A DNA stretch of 64,000 nucleotides from Trichosphaerium sp. ATCC 40318 (taxonomy: Eukaryota > Protista > Tubulinea): contig JALMLS010000075.1 of the NCBI GenBank assembly GCA_038496445.1, positions 355,435 through 419,434 of the forward strand, given 5' to 3'. The notes under the pieces were generated by a model. It did no database searches, was not told the origin of the DNA, and saw only the letters and a list, made by a program, of their open reading frames with translations. The translations under genes were made by a program, and so were the position numbers. Of this stretch, positions 54,783-64,000 are shown in pieces. Positions within the stretch are counted from its first letter, which is position 1. Each line of letters starts with the position of its first letter.

Positions 54783-55790
54783 ATGATGCGAAGCTCTATA
54801 TTACTCGTTGACTACCCAGGTCCTCAATACCACGCAAGCGTATTCTACCAAATACAAGTTTGCTCTTATAATACTATTATTTTAAACGGCCCTGGGTTCA
54901 AAGGAGCAGCGGGAGATGATAAATGGATAAAAGTTTACAACACTCCAAGTTTTGATGTCCAATCTCGCATACAGTTTGTAAATGATAACTGGACAAAGTT
55001 ATTCGGTTTTGAGTTTGTACACGTATGTTCAGCATCAAAAGAGTTCTTAGAAGGTGTAAAGCATCGAAGTATTTGTAATACACGTATTCTTGGCTTGGCA
55101 GATCCCATCAGACCAACATACGAAAGCTATCATGTTGATGTATTCGAAACAGTTACATTCAACAATAAACAATACAACCTTTGTCTACGTAAGATACCAA
55201 GACGCACTAACAGAAAGTATCCTTTCATGTGGACAAACAGTTCAAGAGTAGATCCTTGTCCTATATGTTTACCTCAAGAGAAAGTTATCTGTACTTCAAT
55301 TGCAAGTTTACTTGAGCACATGGAAGCAAGACATGGAGGTCCAAAGAAAAAGAAAGAAAAAAAAACTTGTGTTGTTTGTTGGGAACAACATAAGCCCCAT
55401 TTGTACATGTCCATGTGCAAGGTAAAAAATAGCCATGCTAGATTCAATTATTCAAGGGGAACTCACAATGGATGCGATGAATGTAGGGTAACGTGTTACA
55501 CAACAAAGGAGCTTATTCAACACTTGAGAGGAAAAAGACACAAGTTATTAGTGAGCAGAAAGAAACGTTATTTGCGTAAAATCAGGAATTCTGTTGTATT
55601 GACTGAACATTGGACTGTATTACGTATATTGTTTATTGGTTATTACGAAGAGAGTTCTAATTTTGGAGTGTTACCAAGGGAGATTTTCGACATTATTTTT
55701 GACCTTGTGATTGAGTCTAGTATATACCAAAGAGTAAAAGCTCAAAGTTGCGCTATACCTCTTTCAGGTGTCGTCACATACCTATACTAA
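54783..55790 (+). CDS. Intronless zinc-finger protein (C2H2 + matrin-type) with C-terminal F-box/SOCS-like helix
   Basis: CPIC...HMEARH, CDECRVTCYTTKELIQHLRGKRH, RILFIGYYEESSNFGVLPREIFDIIFDLV. Confidence 0.82.
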   Translation: MMRSSILLVDYPGPQYHASVFYQIQVCSYNTIILNGPGFKGAAGDDKWIKVYNTPSFDVQSRIQFVNDNWTKLFGFEFVHVCSASKEFLEGVKHRSICNTRILGLADPIRPTYESYHVDVFETVTFNNKQYNLCLRKIPRRTNRKYPFMWTNSSRVDPCPICLPQEKVICTSIASLLEHMEARHGGPKKKKEKKTCVVCWEQHKPHLYMSMCKVKNSHARFNYSRGTHNGCDECRVTCYTTKELIQHLRGKRHKLLVSRKKRYLRKIRNSVVLTEHWTVLRILFIGYYEESSNFGVLPREIFDIIFDLVIESSIYQRVKAQSCAIPLSGVVTYLY

Positions 55791-56336
55791 CAAAATAAAC
55801 AGCAAAATTAGTATAAATAAAACCTTGATCAAAATAAGTACATGAACAGGTTATTCTAGCCTAAACGTACTTTGTTTTTAAGCTAAGTATTTGAACTCCC
55901 ATTAGCTTTTAAACTTCCACGTGACTGCCGTCACTACATTCTCCCACTAACCTTAGGCAGCAGCCAGTATGCTATGACAATCTTGGCACATGATAAAGTC
56001 AGCCTTGAGCACTAAATCACGTCCAGGACGCGAATAGCGGACGTATACCACACCACGATAAAAACTAGAAACGAGGTATAATGTGTCGAATCGTTCATGC
56101 GTATTCATTAAATTCACGTGAATCACACATTGATTACCAACTCAAAAAACCCGTCTTCGCTCTTACATTGAACAGCAAGAAAACGCTCTATATACTATAT
56201 TTAATAAAGGATCTTAGGTTCGAGTCTTATAGAGTTGAGTTGGTAACAAGAATGAGTCCGTTTGGTGAATAACAGCAGAATTTTTTGGCATGAAAGTCTG
56301 TCCATCTAAAATCAAACTAAACCAACCATTTACACC

Positions 56337-57070
56337 ATGCACCTTCTCATCATTGCTACTTGCTTAATAGTATCAACAGTATTCGCTTCAACATTTGATG
56401 GATGTTCCTGTCTGCCTCAGAGTGAAGAAGAAATCTATTGTTCATCATCAGCAGTCCTTACCGTGGGTATTGTTCATGAGTATCCTTCAACAGCATCACA
56501 ACGTATTTTCTTGGCTTCTATACAAGAAGTACATAAATATCCTGCAGGAGCACCTCCATTCAACTTGATTACAATAACAACAGGGTAAACGTAAACTAAA
56601 TACAATGCTATTCTAACAGCCTCAAGGATTGACTCAGCATCTTGTGGCGTAGACTTTGAAGTAGGATCAACTAGCACTGGCTTCAAGGTACTCACTTGTT
56701 TGCTTATGTACGCCAGTTAGCTGACTTCGTTTAGAAATACCTCATCCCAGGAACCGTTATACCAACTACAACACTATTAGATAATGTTCACGTGTCAAGT
56801 TGTACTATGGAAGGCTTCTGTAACGTTCCAGATCCAAGCCAAATCGATTGTGCAAATCCAACACCTTTGCCTGACCCAAGTCAATGTGTTTTCTGCCCAA
56901 CGTCTACTCCACAATGTACAGGATGTTCGCATTGCGAAATTACACCTCAGCTATGCACAGAATGTCCTACGGCTCAATGTTGCGATAATATCAGATGTCA
57001 AGCTGCGCGTGAATGCACTGAAGGATGTGTTCAAGCTGGCTGCTGTGGAGGTTTTTGTGTACCACAATAG
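56337..57070 (+). CDS. Secreted TIMP/NTR-domain protein with Cys-rich tail (3 exons)
   Basis: Signal peptide, CSCLPQSEEEIYCSSSAV, ITTG/IDSASCGVDFEVG, KYLIPG, HVSSC. Confidence 0.8.
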
Positions 57071-57175
57071 TGTAGTAGTAAACACCCTCGTTTAGCATTT
57101 TTTGGTATTATGGTTGTTTAGAATTGTTACATTGAGATTAAACTGTTTTGTACTTTTTTTATTATTAGAAGTTTT

Positions 57176-59412
57176 TTAGTCATTATCTATTGCATCCATA
57201 GTAGTACTGTAAACACCAAGTATTCCAAGGAATATTGAAAATATCAAAAGTATAAGCACAGGAATCTTTTTCCCGTAAGGACGTAAAAAGTACTTTAGAT
57301 TTGCTCTGTTTAGTGGCCTGCAAAAAGTACGTTAATGTCAGTGTTTCAGACAGTTTAAACGTACAATCGTTCTTTCTGTGTGCTTTTTGAATTGACCAGT
57401 GACGTGCTTTCATCTTCCTGTGGAGTACTTGTCATTTTCTACATGATCAAAAGTTTAAGTAGCTGTTTTTGTTTTGGATGACTTAACAAAACACTTGAAA
57501 GCACAAAAGGTCAAGAACTACTTCTCTGAAATGCGTACCTCTGTAAAATCATCAGTTGCTTTTGCAGTCAAAAGCAAGTAAAAACAACACGGGAAAATAA
57601 GGACAATCAGAGCACCTCCCTAGTATTTTCAGTCAGTATTTTTTTTTTGGAACTCTGTTTTGAGATGTTTTACCGTTGCGCCTGTGTATGCGAATACAAT
57701 CTCGATACCAGGTAATAGAATAGCTAGAATATACGAAGAACTGATTACAAGCGCTGTAAATCCAAAAATTCGAATGTGTGTGATTGGTTGGTAGTTCCAG
57801 AAAATAAGCCTATCAAGTGCGTTCCTAGTGAAAAAATTAAAAACGACATTGCGTTTTTTTGCGATCATGTACCTCAATGGATAACACAATATTGGATAAG
57901 AGAACATAATAATAAGCGAGTATCCAATCTTTATAATATCAAATAATAAATCTCCCTCAAAGTCGTTCAAGATGTTACCTAGCTCAAGTTAAAAAAAACA
58001 CCAGAAGAATACGACACTAAAATTCGAACTCACCAGTAATTTCGCTTCCGAAGTTCAAGTAACCAAATATAGCCACTGTAAAGTACGTTGTAAAACAAAT
58101 ACCAACTGCTGAGAAAACCTAAATTATCACGTGATAAGCGTGTCAACGCACTAAAGAGAAAAGTTTTTTTTTCAAAACAGTTAAATATGCGTACTGCAAC
58201 TTGTATTGTTTTCGTCCCTGAGTCACGCATCTCGTTCCAAATTGGAAAGATATTTGGATGAAACGTGAATGCGAATATTATAATAGGTGGCGTTTGGAAC
58301 GTTTGGATGTCAAACTTGGCCAAAATGATGTCCTGTGTGTCTAAACCACTTGCTATTTTTTGTGATCCACGGATTACTACGCCAACTAAGAAGAACACTA
58401 TACATCCCACAGCAACCTAACATAAGCATAAGTAAAGTGTACAGCCTCTTGTATTCGTACAATTGAAGTAAACCGGAGCGAGTGTATATGTTTCAAATTA
58501 CAAAGAGGGAATAACACAAAAATGCAAACCATCGCTTGTACAAGTCTAAAACAAGTCAGCAAACTTCATTCCAACAAATGTGCTGAAACCGTACTCTTTT
58601 GGTAGATAAAGTCCAGGCCATGCCAGTAATGGTGTAACCAAATCACCTAAGGAACGTCATCAAAAACAAAGCACGTGCTTTGCTTTTAACTAGCATAAAA
58701 ATACTGAGCGTACCCAAAATACCAATGTAACCTATCATTGTTCCAAAAAGAAAGAGTACCAAAGTTAGGTCAACCTGTTATAATAGCGATTAATGGAAGA
58801 CAAGTATTACTGGCGTATGCATACAATTATAGGTCCTGCGACACCAAAAGCAGTGCGGCTCAAAGCTTTGTAAGATTTTCCTGAGTAATACGTAAGATAT
58901 ACCGTTTTATTACCAAAAGGCCGCTTCAAAATGATTTCTAAAAGAGCCAAAGAAAGGAATGACATTTTGAGTCTTCACGGTACTTTTCTCAATTTACAGA
59001 AACTTCTGTACGCTATAAAACAATCGTACCTCCGCTCACAGGTGGTACAGAGAGTGAAGTTAATAGACTTGAGCTATAACTGACCAAAGCAGCGCCAATC
59101 ACTAGTAAAGCAACGCCAAGTACAACCCCTGATGAAAAACGTTTGGTTAGCACGTGATTTTACAAAAAAAAAAGACAGCTAACCTGTAACCCCAAATGTA
59201 AATGGAAGTGCTAAAATACCGCCACCAATGATCGTATTGGTGAGATTAAATATGGCAGATATGATACCAGCGCCAGGTGACTCTAGAATCTCTGGATCCT
59301 CCTCAGCCGCATTGTTTGTACTATCACTGCTTGTTCTGGATCTGGACATGCTTGGAGAGTCCTGATCAGTTGAAGTGGTAACTTGAATAGCCGTTGGTGG
59401 CGCAGAAGCCAT
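57176..59412 (-). CDS. Amino acid transporter, Aa_trans/SLC38-like
   Basis: SAIFNLTNTIIGGGILALPFTF, IFAFTFHPNIFPIWNEM, SYPILCYPLR; multiple TM exons. Confidence 0.92.
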
Positions 59413-59510
59413 GATTTTTTTAATTCGTCACAATTGCAACTTAACCGGACATATTATTAAGCGAACCTTGCTGTAACCAACTCCTATCTCAAAACAACAT
59501 CGCTAAAACT

Positions 59511-59789
59511 ATGAGCTTCCCTGGCGTCTCAGTTAAGCAAGCAATCACATACTACCTCAAAGCCCACACAAAGAAATTCGTTGGAATTAACAAAAAACAA
59601 AATGAAACATTCGTAAAACAACTTGAAAGTTTCTTAAACGTGACGAACACATGTTTACTAGAACAACTTGACAATCTTCTTTTTGAATACACCGAATCCA
59701 TAGAAAATAAAACAAGCCAGAATGTGATGCAACCCTTGGAGCTTAAGGAGCAGAAAATCAAACAAACAAGAGTGCGTTTGAATAAATGA
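59511..59789 (+). CDS. Hypothetical 92-aa protein
   Basis: ATG-started intronless ORF, divergent from the transporter; no domain recognised. Confidence 0.4.
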   Translation: MSFPGVSVKQAITYYLKAHTKKFVGINKKQNETFVKQLESFLNVTNTCLLEQLDNLLFEYTESIENKTSQNVMQPLELKEQKIKQTRVRLNK

Positions 59790-59803
59790 AGTTAGTGACT
59801 AAG

Positions 59804-60317
59804 CTCGTCTGACGGTTAAGTCGTTACAGTTAGCTTTTCCTTATAATTCTGACACACTTCACAAACTGTCTTCCTTAAGCTTGTATAATCAGGTAGCTAT
59901 GGCTATACTGATCAAATGGACATGGAAGATTTACAATAACGCTACACATTCGAAAGGTCTGTTGCCAATTTCGGTTCATAGAAAAGTAATTAAAGATGAG
60001 CTCGATGACACATGGAAACAGATTCAACACATATTCAACAAAACTTACATTTATCGCTACAACCTTACAATTACCATTTGACTTGTCCGGTCAACTGGGA
60101 GTTGGTTTTCTCCTCTAACATTCAGGTGGAAAGGATGGGAAGGGTTCAAATCCCTTTTAACATTTTGGGCGGAAGTTCGTAGCTTCACGTTTTTGGTGCT
60201 CTGTTGGCGATCGAAGGAACTATGTATCTTGTATGCAAATAATTGCTTGTAATCGTTGGCTCGGTGAGCCGTCCTTGTATAGTAAACCTAGACTTAAAAA
60301 AAAAAAAAAAAAAAAAA
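59804..60317 (+). mobile_element. 5'-truncated non-LTR retrotransposon (L1/Tx1/TRE-like 3' end) with poly(A) and target-site duplication
   Basis: AAGTTAGTGACTAAG at 59789-59803 and 60316-60330. A22 at 60296-60317. Reading frame open from 59806 to 60081 with ILIKWTWKIYN, resembling the WxIWxxRN motif of the ORF2 C-terminus. Confidence 0.88.
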
Positions 60318-60355
60318 GTTAGTGACTAAGATTCCCCTAAACGAAGCAGACAACT

Positions 60356-61626
60356 ATGCACAGTGTTACAAATGTGCTTGAATTTCCACCAGAGGTTATT
60401 GCGAATATTCTACATCATACAGAAGCAAAAACAAGATTCGCAATTGCTCAATCATGTAGTTTGATGGCTGATGTCATGCACGATGTTGTTGGATATGAGG
60501 ATGTTTATATCAAGCGTGTTCCTGACATTCTTAAGATAAGACAGTACAAGGGGATAATGAATAACAGTAGAGTCGTACTTAAAACAAAGGAAAACCATAC
60601 TTTGTTTTCATTGTTATCTGGGTGTCGCGTAATTGATGCATCTGTAAGTACTATTCGCATTACAGATGACGATCTAGAAGAGCTTGCAGGTGTCCATTGT
60701 ATTGATCTTCATGCTTGTAGCAATGTTACCGACAGAGGTATAGTTGCATTAAAAGGTGTTCATGCCATAAACCTAGAAGACACTCATGTGACAGATGCAG
60801 GTATTAAACAACTCGCTGGTGTTCATACTATTCACCTTCGCGAAACAATTATAGATGACGGTGTAATAGCACTTGCAGGTGTTCATAATATAGACCTTAC
60901 GCTCACTTCAGTGTCAGATGAAGGTGTCAAAGCTCTTGCAGGCGTACATACCATTCACCTTGATGGTACTTCAGTGACTGATGAGGGTATCAAAGCGCTA
61001 GCAGGCGTTCATAGTATTGATCTTGCAGATACATTGGCAACAGATGAAGCTCTCATAGCATTAAAAGGTGTACATGCGATCAATCTCTTTGGCACTAAAG
61101 TAACAGATACAGGCATAAAGGCGTTGGCAGGTGTTCATACAATTAGCCTCGATGGTGTTTCAGTGACTGATGAAGGTATTATAGCACTTGCTGGGGTTCA
61201 TACCATTCACCTTGAGGATGCAATGGAGGTTACTGATGAAGGCATCAAATCTCTTGCAGGAGTACATATGATCGCCCTTGGTGGCACTAAAGTGACAGAT
61301 GAAGGTGTCAAAGCGCTTGCAGGCGTTCATACCATCGGTCTTACCAATACATTAGTTTAAAGGGAATCCATATGATTGATGTTCATGGCACTGAAGTTAC
61401 AGATGAAGGCATAATAGCTATTTATGGCGTTCAATCTGCTCATAATATTGGTATTGAGTGTTGCTCAGTACCAAATAGCAGCATAGAGGGACCACAATAT
61501 GTTAAAGTGGCAAGATTCGAACAATATGAGATGCCAATTGATTATTGGTTTGATACTTTTTGGAGGCGTATAAAACCAACAAAACAGTATATTTTAAGGC
61601 CTTTAAATCCAGTCAGTAACTTGTAA
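60356..61626 (+). pseudogene. Intronless F-box + LRR gene (LAGVHTIxL repeats), disrupted by a frameshifting deletion near 61357
   Basis: F-box LEFPPEVIANILHH and ~22-aa repeats. After TLV the expected TDEGVKA is missing, and the repeat resumes in another frame as LKGIHMIDVHGTEVTDEG. Confidence 0.8.
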
Positions 61627-62265
61627 CACACTGCAGCATAGGCATTACCGCCTTCCATATTCATACGACTAATAGACGTTAGATTAATACTTTGGCTCTA
61701 ACTAGCCAGGCGTTGTAAAATCCAATTTAATAGTTGTTAGGTAACTTTTGCATAACTATCCTGGCCGCGAAGTTTGATTGTAAGCACCACGTGATAGTGG
61801 GGCAGCACATTTTTTACAATTTGTACAATTTGCCGATTGCCTAAAATTAGAGAATTTGCGTGAAAATACATAAAATTACCTTGTATATAAAAAATAAATT
61901 GGCAGAACTGGCAATACCTTTTCTCACCACTGTATTAACGAAATAAGTTATTACTTCACAGTACTCTATAGTATACCTCATTTTATTGTTACGCTAGCAT
62001 ACGCTAAAGTGTACATACCAAACGGCTGCAATGCCAAAAGTAGTTAATAACTTACGTGAAACGTTCAAGCTCAGATAAAATTGTCCTCAGGTTAAGCTAC
62101 TTGATTCAACTTGTACCCTAAACGTCAACCACGACATAATAACGCTACTTACAAGGGCATACTTCAGTTACGTAATTTCCCGCCACTGACGTACAGTTAA
62201 GCCACTTATTTTTTTCTCTTCACAACCGCCACTAACGTATACCTAACGCATCTAACACAAACAAT

Positions 62266-64000
62266 ATGGCTACAATAACCGGTGTACGTTAATTGATTAA
62301 ACACTCATTTCAACAAGATTGCTCAATAACGCTCCTACAGAATCAAAACGTAGTCATTCAAGCGTTTTCTAGTCCTGGACCTTCTGGTAGCTCTGGACCA
62401 CTTACAGATATAACAAATACTCCAAGAACGCCCCTTGGGACTTCAAAGGGTGTTAAAGTGGACCTCGCTCTCGTACGCACTTTTCTACAGTAGCGGTTAA
62501 TCAGATACATTTAATCTACTGTTTCTGGGACTACTTGAGCGTTTTAAGCTTTAGTACGCGTAACCGACACTTGGCTGACGGTTTTATAGGATGACGATGT
62601 TGGAAGCTTCTTCGCTGAGAACTGGACGCCACAATACGGCGATGACGTGCGTACCAAGAGCATTTAACACATTCCTAAATCCGGACAAAATCTAATAATC
62701 GTACCAGAGTCTATCAGAGGAAATTGCGTCTACTGACAAGAAACTATACACGCAGGAGCAACTGGACGAACAAGTACAAAAGGTAAGAAAAATCGAAATA
62801 AGCACAAAATCATCAAAGCTGCTTTGTAGAGCATCTATTTACGTTAAAAACAGGCTATCAGTGATGCCAAGGCTCAATATAAATATACTCAAGAAGACCT
62901 TGATAAAGCAGTTACCGCAGCGCGAGATGCAGCACTTGAACAGGTAAGAGAGAGGGTTACATTTTTTGTTTCTTTTTTATTTCTTCGACTTTTGGGCTTT
63001 TTCTTTATTTCTCGCGTATTGTTGCTCATTATTTATGTTTGCTAGGCTGCACTTATTGCTAATGAAGCGGAAAAAATGGAAAAAGCGTACCAACAAGCGA
63101 ATGAAGAGAAAGCGCAGTTGACATCGATGTTGTCCGAGTATGAGGCCGTTTTATCGAATGTAATGGGTACGTCTTTCTTTATTTTGTGCTACACCACCAT
63201 GCGATACAGCTGTAATATTTAGTTGCCCTGAAGCTACTTTTGCGCCAACGCTAAACGTTTTCTTTCTTGGAATATTCTTTTTTTTTCTCTATTTTTTCGT
63301 GTTCATTGTTTGAATTGTGAGCGTTTTTGATGAGTATTATTTGCTAGTATCCATGATATAAATATATTCTCGCTTAATCTCACTCAATTGAAGCCACAGA
63401 GTTTTATTTTATCTTTTTCCGATCAAACGACTGATTCGGTGTATTAATTTGTTTGTTTAGCAAACAATGACTCAAAGGCTTCTTCCGTAAATGCCGTATA
63501 CGCTCAGAAAGTAACAAATCTTCAGCTCGAGAATGCTAAACTGAAGCAAGAACATGAAGAAATTGAGAATAGCTTCAAACAACTACACCAACGTTATGAA
63601 CAAATGAAGCAAATTAACCATAATTTTACAAAGGTATAAATTTCTTTGTTCATTGTCACCTTGTTTCTGAAGTACCTCTCTAACACATACCTCTCTAGAA
63701 CGAAACAGTGCTTAAACAAACATTATCAAAGACACAGAATGACCTTATGTCATCTGAAGCTCAATTCCAAACGTTGAAGCAGCATGCCGAAGAAAAACTT
63801 CGTGATGCTTCCCGCCAAATTTCAGAAGCTCATTGGCAAAAAGAACATGTTAGAGCATTACTTACTGGTCGATTAAATCACTTGAAAGCAAGAGTCCGTG
63901 TCTCAGAGAATGAATTAAAAGGACAGAAGGAACATAACAAGATGTTGGAAAAGATGTTTTCGAATGTATTTAAAGGAGGAGAAGGCAAAAGTGAAGAGAA
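62266..64000 (+). CDS. TACC (transforming acidic coiled-coil) protein, runs off the window end
   Basis: KYTQEDLDKAV, MLSEYE, IENSFKQLHQRYEQMKQINHNFTK/NETVLKQ...FQTLKQHAEEKL match the TACC domain. Confidence 0.85.

Noticed and set aside
60088-60163. Functional tRNA-Glu gene
   Set aside because: The acceptor stem is mostly unpaired and U33 is absent. Kept only as a tRNA-like structure.
60660-61420. ~66-bp periodic repeats superficially like a CRISPR or satellite array
   Set aside because: They are degenerate in-frame LRR coding units with synonymous variation. There is no repeat-spacer structure and no cas genes.
1-64000. Alternative genetic code (stop reassignment) to explain the short ORFs
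   Set aside because: Conserved genes splice cleanly with GT/GC-AG introns, and TAA, TAG and TGA all occur as true terminators.

Overview
AT-rich, gene-dense eukaryotic DNA with many short spliceosomal introns, so the supplied ORF track fragments most genes. An amoebozoan-type protist is inferred from a Frizzled/Smoothened-like GPCR, an LRR-MAPK phosphatase, a TACC gene and giant-virus-like F-box genes. The conserved intron-rich genes are RPN5/PSMD12, an LRR-DUSP, a PX protein, a GSK3-like kinase, ALKBH1, a GH38 alpha-mannosidase, an Fz/Smo-like GPCR, RCC1-LRR, a CCCH protein, PLD, a TIMP-like protein, an SLC38-like transporter and TACC. Between them lie young, mostly intronless, often frameshifted accessory genes (F-box-MORN, two F-box-LRR, two zinc-finger genes with a C-terminal box, and a small two-exon 'MLTRxKAR' family with an inverted repeat). 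Main findings: (1) a 5'-truncated non-LTR retrotransposon with poly(A), a 15-bp target-site duplication and a tRNA-like fold in its 3' UTR; (2) a non-catalytic protein combining two RPA32-binding-type helices, an RNase H1 hybrid-binding domain and a 3CxxC finger, near an FHA-2xGRF scaffold and ALKBH1; (3) a stop-containing 42-nt cassette exon in the CCCH gene; (4) several GC-AG introns; (5) strong CACGTG over-representation. All gene models were spliced by eye, so boundaries are approximate.
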